The position numbers and the translations under genes are program-made. From the IMG/VR virus record IMGVR_UViG_3300032242_002445, positions 2,197-66,196 of that record: a DNA stretch of 64,000 bases; one strand, written 5' to 3'. Positions 1 through 11,400 of this stretch are shown here, in pieces. Numbering within the stretch: the first letter of the stretch is position 1; each line of letters opens with the position of its first letter. Below the pieces are notes generated by a model that was not told where the DNA came from, ran no database searches, and saw only the letters and a list, made by a program, of their open reading frames with translations. Origin of the DNA: a virus. Lineage: Duplodnaviria > Caudoviricetes.

Positions 1-527
1 ATCAGCGATGGGCCGATGTAAGGAATAGTTGTTGTAGCACCTGTCATGCCTGCGCCGAAGATGTGAGTGGTGTTCGGCGCGGTAGGAACGGTCGCCGAGG
101 TATCAACTAAACCATAACCAGCTGCGCCGACGCCGACGTAGGCGTTACGGACAGTGGCGGCGGTCGTGTGTGTGACGTTGGTACCTGAGTTATAACCAAT
201 CGCGAGGCCAATTGAAGCGACAGCGGCAAATGCTACAGTAAACTGTATACCAACCTTGTTAAGAACCAAGTTAACCGGTGAGTTGACTGGATTTGAAATA
301 GTAAGACCAACTAGAGCGGTCGTCGTACCTGAAGTAAATGCGGTTGCTGTCTGACCAGTCACCGTCGATGCAAGAAAACCTGCGCGGCGATATGTCGTCT
401 CGTAGTAGCGACCGTGAAGTTCAGAGACAATCACGTCGCCCATATTACCTTGACGAACGACTGCCTGCTGGCCTGATGGGAGGGACGCTGCGGTAGCGAG
501 GGCGCCGACCTGACCTTGAATAATCAT
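1..527 (-). CDS. Hypothetical virion-associated protein, runs off the window edge
   Basis: Read manually: ATG at 527 (MIIQGQVGALATAASLPSGQQAVVRQGNMGDVIVSELHGRYYETTYRR...), preceded by a GGAG SD and an ATAAATA late-type motif. Confidence 0.75.
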   Translation of the reverse strand, partial: MIIQGQVGALATAASLPSGQQAVVRQGNMGDVIVSELHGRYYETTYRRAGFLASTVTGQTATAFTSGTTTALVGLTISNPVNSPVNLVLNKVGIQFTVAFAAVASIGLAIGYNSGTNVTHTTAATVRNAYVGVGAAGYGLVDTSATVPTAPNTTHIFGAGMTGATTTIPYIGPSL

Positions 528-564
528 ACTTGATTTCTCCTTGTTGAGTAGTTAGTAGTATTTA

Positions 565-1848
565 TCACTGGTTAAAGATAGACTGCTCTGCACGGAAGGC
601 TTCCGGTGGGTCGGCAGACTGCTGATTAGTACTAAGAAGTCGTGGTAATTCATACATTTGTTGATTCATTATTTTAAGCTCCAGTAGTATCTGGGCCAGT
701 AATTCTGTTTGAGTTTGACCTTCAAACTGTGAAGTATCTTGTACGTTAAGAGCCGCTGATTGTTGGAATGTAGCAGGTAAAGCACCAACAGTATTGATTG
801 GTAATGAAGTATTAGCGCCTGGAGAGTTAGAACTTGAGATAACAGTGCTTGTGTTGTTAGCAAGAGGTGCAAAATAAGGCGATAATGCGTTGAAAAAAGT
901 TTTACCAGAAACGTCAGTGAGAAGTCTTCTCGTTAAACCGTTAAGATCAGAACCACCAACTGTTAATGGGTTGAGTGTAGGTGCCGCACCAACTGCAATA
1001 TTACCGCCTACTGCAAGCGTACCACCAACACCAGCGTTAACTGTCACACTGCCACCGATAGATCTTAAATTTACACTATTAAGAGTGGGAGGTGTTTGTT
1101 TGAATATAAAGGTACCAAAAAAGTTTGCTTGTGTAGTAAATCGCATATATTTACCATAAATAGGACCATTATATATACCACCGCCAGAAGATATATTTCC
1201 TTGTAAACCTCCACCATTATTGGATGGATTAGAGTAGTCTGATGAGCTTTGAAAAAATACACCGTCAGCAGAAAATAAAATATTAGTGCTACTGCCACCT
1301 GAACCTGCACTAAGAAATGTCCAAGAGTTATAACCAGAAACATCCAACGTAATAGTTTCATTTGCAGGAGCACCTGGACCTATAGTATAATACGCTTCTG
1401 AGAGAATTAAAGCGCCTGTTGCGTCTCTTTTTAATCCACCCGTTAAGTTAACTTGAAGTGGTGTATCTGGATTAAATGCAGCAGCCAGCTTATCAGCGCC
1501 GCTCTCGCCAGCGCCTGAGCGACCAACGATGGTCAGCGTCTGTGTTCCGTTGTACTCCGCTATGTTATAGCGGATGTATAGGAACGGTGACTTGAAGTTA
1601 TAGCCACCGATCTGAGTGATGGTATCGGTTACTGCCAGGTCGTTTGACGGCGTGAGGAGGATCGTGTTCCAGTTCGTGCCGTCGTTTGAACCTTCGATCG
1701 TAGCGTTAATATATCCAGAACCTGTAACCTGAACGGAAACAGACTGAAAATACTGAACGCTAATAGAAGCTCCCGCGCCAGTAGCAGCAATCGTTCCGCT
1801 GTATAATACGCTACCGTCCAGCTGTCTAAATTGTTCGAAATAGGCCAT
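565..1848 (-). CDS. Hypothetical structural/tail-associated protein
   Basis: 427-aa G/S/T/N-rich ORF in the late tail cluster. Confidence 0.7.
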   Translation of the reverse strand: MAYFEQFRQLDGSVLYSGTIAATGAGASISVQYFQSVSVQVTGSGYINATIEGSNDGTNWNTILLTPSNDLAVTDTITQIGGYNFKSPFLYIRYNIAEYNGTQTLTIVGRSGAGESGADKLAAAFNPDTPLQVNLTGGLKRDATGALILSEAYYTIGPGAPANETITLDVSGYNSWTFLSAGSGGSSTNILFSADGVFFQSSSDYSNPSNNGGGLQGNISSGGGIYNGPIYGKYMRFTTQANFFGTFIFKQTPPTLNSVNLRSIGGSVTVNAGVGGTLAVGGNIAVGAAPTLNPLTVGGSDLNGLTRRLLTDVSGKTFFNALSPYFAPLANNTSTVISSSNSPGANTSLPINTVGALPATFQQSAALNVQDTSQFEGQTQTELLAQILLELKIMNQQMYELPRLLSTNQQSADPPEAFRAEQSIFNQ

Positions 1849-1857
1849 CTGACTTCC

Positions 1858-3399
1858 TTAAAACACTATCCAACCGGAGCCGATAGATTGAACGCCGAGC
1901 ATTGAGTTCTGGAAAGATATGATCATGTTGGCGTAGCCGTCGATCGTATCCGCCCCGCTACCGACAATGGTAACCGTACCTGTATTTATGTTCTTGATCT
2001 CGTACGAGGCTCCGTTGACGCTGTTTGCTGCCGGAAGGGTCAGAGTCACCGTCGAGTTGGCGAGGATCAGCCCGTCGGCCGCGACGATCGACGAGTTGGC
2101 GTTTACCACTCGGATCGGCTGGATGAGGAACGCTGAGCTGTTCGACGCAAGCTTAGCGACGTTAGCTGCCAAGCCTGCGGTAGTTTGATAGTTCGATAAG
2201 TTGGTCGAGAGCTGTGCGCTGTTGACGTAGGCTTGGTCTGTTACATAAGATACGGCATTGCTATACGCAGTAGCTGCGTTTGAGGTTACCTGAGTCGTGT
2301 TGGCAAACGAGTATGAAGAGAGCGCAGAGTTGCTGACGTAGAAGCTTGCAGCCTGACCGTTGAAGTTGCTCGTGTTGTTCGCAGTACCGTTGAAGCTCGT
2401 GTTGTTGATGGTCGAGTAGGACGTATTGTTACCGACAAAGATCTGGTTTGCCTGAAAGTTCGCGATATGAAACGTACTGTTCGTCTGATCGATGTAGATG
2501 CTGGCGTCCGGCTCAGGAAGGTAGTTGTCAAAGACTTTCCATGTGCCAGTCACGTGATCCCTGAAGAATCCGGTATGATGGTAGGTGCCGTCGTTGTAGT
2601 TAGCTGCAAAGCCGATGTCGGGATTTGCCCAAGTACTATTTGAGTTCAGGTAGATCATGTTGTCAATGATCGATAGGTTATTAGCACCTATGACGTTGAC
2701 GTTACTCCCGATAGTCAGGTTGCCGGTAACGAACAAGTTCCGACCGACGTTGAGATCGAGCAGCGTGTTTGCGTTGTTAGCTACGATATTACCGGTAAAA
2801 GTCGCTCCTGAAAGCAAGGCGTAGTTGCTCAGGTTTGATGAGAGCTGGCTCGTATTTACGAGAGACAAGCCCGAGACATAGCTGACTGCGTTGGAGTACG
2901 CGGCAGCGGCGTTCGAGGTTACTTGTGTAGTATTGGCATAGCTTTGAGCAGTGACATATGAGATCGCATTGCTATACGCAGCAGATGAATTTGCGGTAAC
3001 TTGACTCGTATTTGCATAGCTTTGACCTGCGACGTAAGCGACGGCGTTTGAGTAAGCCGTAGCCGTGCCGGTAGACAGTTGAGTTGTGTTAGCATACCCT
3101 CGACCTTGGACCCAAGCGATCGAGTTGGTGTAAGCGGCGTCTGCTGAAGACGAACTGTTCGCACTGTTTGCAGCAAGCGCGGCGTAGTACGCTGCCGACA
3201 CCGCAGCCGACTGGGCAGACACGGATGAGGACTGTGCAGATAACGCCGCCGCCGAGGCTGACTCCGCCGCTCCGGCAGATCCGAGAGTTACATTGAGCGT
3301 AACATTAGACGACGGAACGGGACTCGCCGTTGCAGGATTTAACTTCGTTACTTCGATATTATTAAATGGTGTGTGTTGATTTACGGTGATCTTGGACAT
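1858..3399 (-). CDS. Tail fibre-like protein with ~25-aa tandem repeats
   Basis: Repeats of ANTTQVTSNAAAAYSNAVSYV; fibre-like segment IIDNMIYLN...PDIGF...HTGFFRD; C-terminal TLTLP...IKN...TIDG...W domain. Confidence 0.7.
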   Translation of the reverse strand: MSKITVNQHTPFNNIEVTKLNPATASPVPSSNVTLNVTLGSAGAAESASAAALSAQSSSVSAQSAAVSAAYYAALAANSANSSSSADAAYTNSIAWVQGRGYANTTQLSTGTATAYSNAVAYVAGQSYANTSQVTANSSAAYSNAISYVTAQSYANTTQVTSNAAAAYSNAVSYVSGLSLVNTSQLSSNLSNYALLSGATFTGNIVANNANTLLDLNVGRNLFVTGNLTIGSNVNVIGANNLSIIDNMIYLNSNSTWANPDIGFAANYNDGTYHHTGFFRDHVTGTWKVFDNYLPEPDASIYIDQTNSTFHIANFQANQIFVGNNTSYSTINNTSFNGTANNTSNFNGQAASFYVSNSALSSYSFANTTQVTSNAATAYSNAVSYVTDQAYVNSAQLSTNLSNYQTTAGLAANVAKLASNSSAFLIQPIRVVNANSSIVAADGLILANSTVTLTLPAANSVNGASYEIKNINTGTVTIVGSGADTIDGYANMIISFQNSMLGVQSIGSGWIVF

Positions 3400-3412
3400 C
3401 GTGTGGTCCTCT

Positions 3413-3745
3413 CTATCGAGTTACCTGCGGCGTCACCGTCACAATTCCCTCTACTACCCTATAGACCGCACCTGTGCTGTTGCTCGTAAGCTCGATGTCG
3501 TAGACGTACCGACCTGCACTGAGATTTCCTGTCTGTGCAGGAGTTAATGACAAGGATAAGATTCCAGTATTAGGTCCTGACGACACCGTGAACGAGACCG
3601 AGTTGGAGGAGGTGTACCACTTCCGGATCTGCGAGGCGGTGTTGTATCCTGACAGGTCGATAGGATCGCCGTTATCGTCCATCACGTTCATCGTGATGAA
3701 GAAGCTTGTTCCTTGATCTATCACGAGGTTGGTCTTAATCGACAT
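3413..3745 (-). CDS. Virion structural protein (BppU-N/LtfC-like beta-sandwich)
   Basis: NLVIDQGT...DLSGY..ASQIRK...GRYVYDIEL...RVVEGIVTVTPQVTR pattern, common in T4-like phages. Confidence 0.75.
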   Translation of the reverse strand: MSIKTNLVIDQGTSFFITMNVMDDNGDPIDLSGYNTASQIRKWYTSSNSVSFTVSSGPNTGILSLSLTPAQTGNLSAGRYVYDIELTSNSTGAVYRVVEGIVTVTPQVTR

Positions 3746-3747
3746 CT

Positions 3748-4371
3748 TTATACTCCAACTGTGATTCTGTTAAGCTTCACCGTCGAGTTCGAAGTTGCAG
3801 GAGTGTAAGTCAGGTTTACGTTACCTGATGAAATCGAGGCCGAGAACTGGGCAATCGTGCTGTTGCTGATCAGGGTCGCATACTCCGTGGTGTAGGCGCT
3901 TCCTCCGCTGTGCATCAGCATGAGCTCGGTCGACTGAAAGTTATTTGCCGCGTTGTCCGTCACGGATATGACGTACTTGGCCGTCCTGTAGCTGCTTGTC
4001 GAGAAAGTGTCGATGACCGTAGGGCTCGAGGTCTGTACTAGGGTGTTTGCCGAGAACAAGGCCGTCGTGCTGTTTACAAGCAGGGTTCCCGAGACCGCCA
4101 CCGAGTTACCCGTGAGTGCGGTGTTCGACGCGATCGTCAGCAGGCTTCCGGAGTTGGTGACGTTGCCGGCCGTGATCGTCGTGGCGACGATGCTGTTGGC
4201 ACCGAAGATACCTTGGACGAAGCCGTTGCCGGTAGTGAGACCGACCGTACCGCCGAGACCGATCGTCACGACGTTGGTAGTCAAGGCCGTGATGACGTTG
4301 TTCGTAGCGGTGATCCACTGGTCGAACGTATCGGTGTTAATGTTAACGTAGCTGATGGTACTGAACGACAT
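3748..4371 (-). CDS. Virion structural/fibre-associated protein
   Basis: TDTFDQWITATN N-terminus and IDTF...YRTAKYVI...QSTEL..MH...TEYA C-terminal module typical of T4-like fibres. Confidence 0.65.
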   Translation of the reverse strand: MSFSTISYVNINTDTFDQWITATNNVITALTTNVVTIGLGGTVGLTTGNGFVQGIFGANSIVATTITAGNVTNSGSLLTIASNTALTGNSVAVSGTLLVNSTTALFSANTLVQTSSPTVIDTFSTSSYRTAKYVISVTDNAANNFQSTELMLMHSGGSAYTTEYATLISNSTIAQFSASISSGNVNLTYTPATSNSTVKLNRITVGV

Positions 4372-4373
4372 TC

Positions 4374-4601
4374 TTACTTACCTACCATCTGGACTAAAGT
4401 CTTGAGCATTTCTTTGATCTCCGAGACGTCGGACTTGAGACCGTTGACCTCTCCTCTGATCGAGTTGAGCTCGCGAAATCTCTGAACCTGCTCCTTATAG
4501 CTAAGGAACTCTGACTCATTAGTATTTATAATGGCGAGAGTGTCCGGGTCCTTGAACAGACCCGGAACGTTTGTCGGAATGAGCCTTTTCTCAGTCATCA
4601 A
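4374..4601 (-). CDS. Conserved small T4-like protein with coiled-coil C-terminus
   Basis: GLFKDPDTLAIINTN...LKSDVSEIKEML; usually follows the VrlC-like gene. Confidence 0.7.
   Translation of the reverse strand: MMTEKRLIPTNVPGLFKDPDTLAIINTNESEFLSYKEQVQRFRELNSIRGEVNGLKSDVSEIKEMLKTLVQMVGK
4523..4530 (-). promoter_or_regulatory. T4-type late promoter TATAAATA
   Basis: Exact match; variants NATAAATA at 559-566, 1983-1990, 8390-8397, 19380-19387, 20108-20115, 56121-56128 (minus) and 25849-25856, 28426-28433 (plus), all upstream of late genes. Confidence 0.65.
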
Positions 4602-7600
4602 GCAGACACACCAATTGCCCTAATATCCCTGATCATCGGGGCGATTGCCACGTTGGACGAGAGCATGACGATCTTCAGCTGGAACGAGTTGTAGGTATCG
4701 AACGGGGCCATGGCCGAGTTGTAGTACCGAACAACGTTGCCGTTGTTGATGTTGTTGAACACCTGGAGTGGGTAGCCAAATGATCCAGGCGCGACCGTCG
4801 ACGAGAACCCTATGTTGTTCGTGGTCGGGGTTATCCTACCGAGCAGGGAGATGTTCAAGCCACCTGTAGGCGAGCCGAGACTCGTGACGTTGATGTTGTC
4901 GGTGAGAGTTAACGAGGTGTCGTTGGCTATTGCGTTAACTACAGAGATCTGGTACACGTTGGCGAACAGAGGTGAGCTGATCGAGACCAGGTCGCCTGGA
5001 CGGTAGTCCAGACCGAAGCTTGTGCCTGTGCCTGTGACCGTGCTGTTCGATTGAGTCACGCCGACCGAACCGATCGATGTGAACACAGTGTTAGGTGTCG
5101 TCGGGAACCCGAACTGGTACTCGTTAACCGTTGACAAGTCACCGAGGACCGAGTATACGGTCTGGTTTGTGTCGTAGGTCAGGAGCGTCCAGTCCTTGTC
5201 GTCGAACGCATCGCTGTCGTTCTGGTTCCAGATCTTTGCGTACACCTTGACGTCAGTTCCCGGAGGCCTGTAGGCGTCGATGAAGATGACGAGGTCCTCT
5301 GCGGAGGAACCCTGTGCGAAGTTCACCTTCGTGGTGATGTGCTTTGCTAAGGCGCGACCGTTCTTGGTGTTCTCAAGGGAGTAGTCGTTGTTGATGATGT
5401 AACTTCCGGGATATATCATCATGTTGTTCCCGATGAGTACCGAGAAGTCGTTGTTCGAGCTCGAGTTTGAGACGAGACCGGTATTGTCACTTGTGACACC
5501 GTAAGCGAGCTCGTTGGACCTGGACATGATAAGTCTCGTCTTCTGAGTCTCGATCGCGGTATTGGAAGTTGGATCAATGACGATGTCGTCGACGTCTGGT
5601 ACGTTCGTGCCCTTGTAGTTCATCCCACCGTACTTGATCACGTCGTCGGTGTCGCGGAACCAAGGACTGCGGAACTTGAACTTGTAGGTCTGAATTTCCT
5701 TAGGAGCCCTGAACTGTAGTACAGGGACGATCTTATGTGCCTCAAGGTTGGTCACGACGGTGTTGCTGTATACCAGACCGCTGTGCTCCGAGCGAAGGGT
5801 CGAGCCGACGAGGAACGAGAGGTTGGCCCCTGTTCCTGCCGAGGTGTAGATCTTATAGCTGATCTGACTCGTGTCCGCAGGGAACCCATATCCGGTGTTT
5901 GAGATGACCACGTTCGTGATCGCCCCACCACTGACGACAACGTTGGCGTAGGCGTTGAGGGTAGTGTAAGACGAGTTAGTGCAGTACACCTCGATGTAGT
6001 CGGACGATGCGTAGTTCGTACCGGTCGAGGACTCGACGTTGGCGCCGGGAACTGATGTCAGGGCCGACGAGTTTGCATAGACGATCTGACCGTAGCTGTC
6101 GTTGACCGGCGAGCCGTAGCGACGATCTCTAGTGAGGACAGGTATGACTACGAGGTTACCGCTCGATGCCGAGTTACCCCAAGCCACCTTCCTGAAGCCG
6201 GCCTGCTTGTCGAGGTACTTCCTGATCTTCGGCTGCTGGTCCCTGAGGGTCCAGGTTGCACCCTTGTCGAGGGACACGAGCGTGTAGAAGTCGCTCTTCA
6301 GGCCGCGAGCGCCGGTTGCAACGAAGGCTCCTGTATCCGGTGCGTATGTAACACCGAAGAGGTACTGTCCGTAGTTGTTGGAATTGATCGAAACGGAAGT
6401 CCACGATGTACCGTTGACTGTTGTCTGGATACCTGCGGTGCCGACTGCGACGAACACGCCGTTGCCGTAGGCCACGTCGAAGAACTGACCGCTGTATCCT
6501 GAAGTATTTCTTGTAGAAGAGATCCAGTTAACACCGTCGTTGGACTGAGCGAAGTAGTTGTCTCCCACTGCTACGAACCCGCTGTTGCCGTAGGCAACGC
6601 CGCGAAGGGCGCCCGAGAGCGACGAGTACGCCGAGTTTGCAACATAGCGTTGTGTCCAAGTAACGGAGTCAGGAGAGGTGGCGATGTAGCCGCCTGTCTT
6701 GAAGTCGTTGTAGCGCCCGACAGCGACCCATACTGCAGAGGTGCTGTTCGCTCCGTAGGTGACACCCCTGAACGCATAGCGACCGTCGCCTGTAGGGGCG
6801 GTCCTCTTAGTCCAGGTCGAGCCGTTAGGCGATGTCATGATCGTGTTGTTATTACCGACTGCTACGTACACGCTGTTGCCGTAGGCCACACCGTAGAGCG
6901 ATGCATTGGACGACGAGTTTGAGTACGTCTTGGTCCATGTCTTGCCGTCAGTGGATGTCTGAACGGTCTGCTTCTCGCCGACTGCCATGAACGAACCTCC
7001 GCCGAACGCGACGGCGTACAACGGGTTGTTGGCAGCACTGTTCGCGTATGCGAACTGATTAACATAGCTGACCTTAGGTATGTTAATCATGATGTACTCG
7101 ATCGTGTTATTCACGAACTTCACGGACGTGTTTGCGTTCGAGTCCTTCAGGTGAAGGATCGAGTACTGCTTCTTATTACTCTTGTTATTAAAGTCGAAGT
7201 CGTCGTCCCAGTCGACAGTCCTGTCGTGCCTGTAGTCGATGTAGTGCATCGTCGCGACAGGAGAGACCGAGAACCGCGCGGCGGTGTCGGTGAACGTAGG
7301 GTTGTTATCGAGCACTAAGGCGGTTGAGTTAACACTGACGATCTTACGGACGTCGGTGTCGCTCCTGAACGGGTCGTAGTAGTTAGCACCGGTGTAGTAC
7401 TTCTGCTTAGGTCTCTTATAGAACGACCTCGAGTCGGTGTTCATGTAGCTGTTGGAGACCAGCACGATGTACTGGGGCAGGCTGCCGTTACCTTTGAAGA
7501 TTGTAGTGAAGTCAAATCCCGAGCTGGTAACGACGTTGGTGTTTGCCTTGACCGACACGGTACCGGACTGCAGAGGGGTTACCTGATAGATGTACTCGCC

Positions 7601-8365
7601 GGAGAGGTGGTGAGGGTCGTAGCCAGCGGTCCAGAGCTTTGTCGCGTCGTTACCACCGTACTTAAGGTAACGTCCGCCGACCATCGAGTACGAGTTCAAC
7701 GGATCGAATATGATGTACTCATGACGGTTCTTGACGAACACGCTATTGGATGTGTAGACGTTGTTTGCGATCGAGTTCGCAGATACGTTGAACCTACCGC
7801 AGTAGACAGTGAACTTGATGTCGGTGTCCTTTACCGAGTTCCACGCAACGGACGTGAGCTGGCCTGTAGTCGATAGTGAGTTCGACTGGAGAGGTACCAT
7901 CTGTCCTGAAGCGTAGGTGTAGTAGTTGCCGACGTTCTTGGCAAATCCACCTGACGCGATGGTCTTTGTACCAACGAGGTAGTCGCCTTCCTTAGCGCTC
8001 CACAGCGAGAAGTCGGGATCCTGACCGTCGAAGCCGACGATGAAGGCGTAGGTCGTGTTTGTCTTTACAATGATGGGCTTTGAGAACTTAAAGTTCGTCT
8101 TAGTAGCCGCAGTGGAATCGACGTTCAACGAACTGTACTCGACGCGCGCTAGGTCAGTGAAGAACTTGGTCGTGTCAGGATTTCCTTGGGAGTCAACAGG
8201 GGCGAGGGCCACGGTAATTCCGGGATTGGTTATTCCCGACTTATTGCTCGTAGCTGTAGGAACCTTCTTAATAAAGAGGTCTACGCTCGTAATTATGATC
8301 TCATCGGCATTCTGAACCTGAGACTTATCAATGTAGAAAGTTTGTGCAAGACTGAGAATCATCAA
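4598..8365 (-). CDS. Virion structural protein (C-terminal half of a VrlC/DUF4815-like protein) with an inserted beta-propeller
   Basis: Starts LAQTF..., ends FQLKIVMLSSN...PMIRDIRAIG; central repeats GVAYGN..FVAVG....TS.DG.TW. Confidence 0.7.
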   Translation of the reverse strand: MMILSLAQTFYIDKSQVQNADEIIITSVDLFIKKVPTATSNKSGITNPGITVALAPVDSQGNPDTTKFFTDLARVEYSSLNVDSTAATKTNFKFSKPIIVKTNTTYAFIVGFDGQDPDFSLWSAKEGDYLVGTKTIASGGFAKNVGNYYTYASGQMVPLQSNSLSTTGQLTSVAWNSVKDTDIKFTVYCGRFNVSANSIANNVYTSNSVFVKNRHEYIIFDPLNSYSMVGGRYLKYGGNDATKLWTAGYDPHHLSGEYIYQVTPLQSGTVSVKANTNVVTSSGFDFTTIFKGNGSLPQYIVLVSNSYMNTDSRSFYKRPKQKYYTGANYYDPFRSDTDVRKIVSVNSTALVLDNNPTFTDTAARFSVSPVATMHYIDYRHDRTVDWDDDFDFNNKSNKKQYSILHLKDSNANTSVKFVNNTIEYIMINIPKVSYVNQFAYANSAANNPLYAVAFGGGSFMAVGEKQTVQTSTDGKTWTKTYSNSSSNASLYGVAYGNSVYVAVGNNNTIMTSPNGSTWTKRTAPTGDGRYAFRGVTYGANSTSAVWVAVGRYNDFKTGGYIATSPDSVTWTQRYVANSAYSSLSGALRGVAYGNSGFVAVGDNYFAQSNDGVNWISSTRNTSGYSGQFFDVAYGNGVFVAVGTAGIQTTVNGTSWTSVSINSNNYGQYLFGVTYAPDTGAFVATGARGLKSDFYTLVSLDKGATWTLRDQQPKIRKYLDKQAGFRKVAWGNSASSGNLVVIPVLTRDRRYGSPVNDSYGQIVYANSSALTSVPGANVESSTGTNYASSDYIEVYCTNSSYTTLNAYANVVVSGGAITNVVISNTGYGFPADTSQISYKIYTSAGTGANLSFLVGSTLRSEHSGLVYSNTVVTNLEAHKIVPVLQFRAPKEIQTYKFKFRSPWFRDTDDVIKYGGMNYKGTNVPDVDDIVIDPTSNTAIETQKTRLIMSRSNELAYGVTSDNTGLVSNSSSNNDFSVLIGNNMMIYPGSYIINNDYSLENTKNGRALAKHITTKVNFAQGSSAEDLVIFIDAYRPPGTDVKVYAKIWNQNDSDAFDDKDWTLLTYDTNQTVYSVLGDLSTVNEYQFGFPTTPNTVFTSIGSVGVTQSNSTVTGTGTSFGLDYRPGDLVSISSPLFANVYQISVVNAIANDTSLTLTDNINVTSLGSPTGGLNISLLGRITPTTNNIGFSSTVAPGSFGYPLQVFNNINNGNVVRYYNSAMAPFDTYNSFQLKIVMLSSNVAIAPMIRDIRAIGVSA

Positions 8366-8432
8366 TTTATCCTGTTCTCGTTTTAGTCTTATTTATTGAC
8401 TTTAGACGAAGTTACTTAAACTTAAGCAAGAG

Positions 8433-8452
8433 AGCTGGCTCTTAAGCCAGCT
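8433..8452 (-). terminator. Hairpin AGCTGGCT-CTTA-AGCCAGCT just after the 1474-aa gene (terminator or processing stem)
   Basis: Perfect 8-bp inverted repeat directly after the stop codon; weak U tract. Confidence 0.45.
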
Positions 8453-8454
8453 AA

Positions 8455-11400
8455 TTATATGATCCGATTACCGACATCACCGTAGCCACCGAAGTGATTG
8501 TCAAGGCCGCTGCTGCGAGCTAAATTAGTTTTCGGCAGTACGACCGTTCTAACACTTGGCGTAGAAGTCCCTTCGATGTCGGACCCTTGAACGATACTAG
8601 GAAGGTTGAAGGACGCGGTCGACGTGCTGTCGATGTTGTAGATAATAATCTTCTGATTTCCTGGATCGAGGACTATGTTCTTTCTAGAGTCGTTGTCGAC
8701 GAGAGCGGCCTCGTTGATGTTGATGTACACCGTCAAGTTAAGCTTGCCGCTGGCGTCTGTGAGGAGAGTTTGATTATAGAGCTTGATCGACGTATTGGAA
8801 GGAAGAGTACCTGTCGTGTACTGGATGGACGTATTGGTAAGTTCGCTGCCGTTGAGGAAGACCCTATGAGCTGTCAGCGGCTTGAGACCTGCAACGTTCG
8901 CCGTGACCTGCTGTCCGAACCAATATACCTTCGTGCCGGACGGTAAGTGCTCGTACCTATGAACCTCGATGGTGCTAGGCGAGACGTTGGTTACAACCCC
9001 GTTGTATGTGACAGGAAGTACTGGAGTCGTGACCGTCGTAGTCGCGAGAGGTTGCGAGACCAGAGCGTACTCGGTATATGACGGCAAGCCTGGAGGAGTG
9101 ATGACGATAGTTGAGTTCTCTTTAGGAATGGCGTAGTTATTCGCCACAGTTGCATTATACTCGGGATTAAGAAGGTCTGTGTAGCTGTTATCGTTAAAGT
9201 TATCGGTGAAGAAGCCGAACTTAAACCGATTGATTCCAGCTGAGATCGAGCTAGGGAGGTTCAGGTCCTTGATGCTTGCCTCGAGGAGGCTTAGCGCGAC
9301 GTAGTACTCAAGTGTCTGGATTCTCCTCTCGAGATTTCCGATGTTCTCCATCGTGTATCTCTGAGGTTGGGCATTTGACACGTCCGTGCTACTATACACG
9401 CTCGTCAGCGTGTGGTTTTGAACACGCTGGAATGAGAACCTCTCGTTTGCGATTCCGGTATTGATGATGTCGTTGTATACCGACGACCTCTTAAACGGGA
9501 TGTTTGGATAAGAAGGAACATTGATGATGTTTATCACCATCGCATTATCCGGAATGATAATCGGAGAAGGTGACGGTCCGACTATCGGCTTTCCTTTTAT
9601 CAAAGTGATGTTGTTATCACTTCCTATGGCAACGACGTCCTTGCGCGCAAGGTAGTAGGCCTTGTCGTACACGACGGAAGTACCCGGAACAGGAAAGCGC
9701 CTGTCGACCGTGTTGTTGAACGTTGTTGTATAAGGAGGGTTCACCGTCGCCTGAGACAAGGTGCTCGTGACGTTGGCAGTATTTGCAACGATCGGCCTGA
9801 AGTCGATGCAGTTTATCAGGTCGTAGTACGCACCCTTGTGCGTGTAGAGCTCGGGGATCTCGAGCGTATTGCTGTTGGATCCAAGGCTTGCGCGCGGCAA
9901 TGCGTCTATGGTCGACCTTTGCGACGAGTTGGACGAGACGTAGGAAGTAACGGTGTACGGACCTGATCCTGTGCCTACCGAGAAGGAATCGAACTTGACG
10001 AGAAGCCAGTTCGACGATGACAGGCTCAGACCTTTCATGTTCTTCTTATAGAGGAACCCGAGGTCGTAGTAGTCCGCAGTCTGGTTATGGTCGATGAAGA
10101 AGCTATCCGTAACATCGCTGTCCGACTCGGATACCGCGTTAGAGGATCCAAGAAACACGCTCTGGAGCCTGAAGATGTCCGGAACGCCGAGACACCAGGG
10201 ACCGGTGATACCACCGGCGTTGTTGGCGAGGTTGATGTAGACGTAGTTTCCGCGACTCGCCTGCTTTGCCTCGGGTGTGACCGAGTTCCTCTGCGCCTTG
10301 TAGTAGATCGAGCAGGTCGTACTCGACTGAAGGAAGCCGAGGTTGAGGTTAAAGCTGAGCGTAGAACCCGAGGCGACAACACTGTAGTTGTCGCGGAGCG
10401 ACGTGCTCGTCAGCGGGAACGGAACGTTGCGCGGGAAGTACCTGGTGACCGTCGCGGTCGAGTAGTTGAAGTTCGGTGCGCTGTCGAGAGTCACGCTCGT
10501 CGAGTTCGTAACCTGGGTCACAATCCTGACGCAGTTCGCCGACGAGTTGGAGACGAGGATGTAGTCTCCTGCGACGAGCCCGAGGTAGGTGTCGTTAAAG
10601 ACCGTCGAGGTTCCTACAAGTACGTTGCTCGAGGAATTAGAGACGACGGTGCCGGTAAGGCTCGAGTTGACTGTCAGGCCGGAGCTGGTCGGCACCAGGA
10701 CGATGTCGTTGAGTTGGCCTGCCGTGAGGGATCCGCTGTAGGTAAACACGTCAGGGATGGTCAGGGTGAACGACCCACTGTTTCCAATACTAAATACGCT
10801 GTTGACGGTGGTGTACTGGTAAGTTAAGTTCTGAGCATACAGCAGGGATGAGGATCCGGCGTTGAATATAAGCTGGCTCGGACCCGAGTTGGAGGTCGAC
10901 AGTGTTGCGATGCTGCTGTTCTGACTCGTGCTGAACGTGGTGACGACGTCCGCAACACCGACGTTGCTGGAACCGTTGTTGTATACCAAGCTCCTCACCG
11001 AGCTGAAGTTCGCACCGATGTTCATGTTGACGTTGAACAGGTAGATCTGATAGATGCCACTTGCCTGCTGGACAACCTGCCTGATGTTCGCGGTACCGAT
11101 CTGATTACCTAAAGGCGTGATCGTTCCTCCGCTGATGCCGAGAAGCGAGCTGTTGCCTGTATAGTTCAACGCCGTATCGTAGAGCTTGATGGAAGCACCG
11201 GTGTTGAACGCGAAGGCGCCTGCGAAGTTCTTGACCGTGACGTAGCTCGAGTACGAGAGCTGAAGAGTCTCGGAGTTGCTCGTCAGGTAGTCGATACCCT
11301 TCGTGTTGTCGACCGAGTAGTTGTCGAACGTCTGGACCTTGTAACCCGAGATGTATGCGATGCCCGGATCGACGATGATCGAGAACGTATTGCCCTCACG

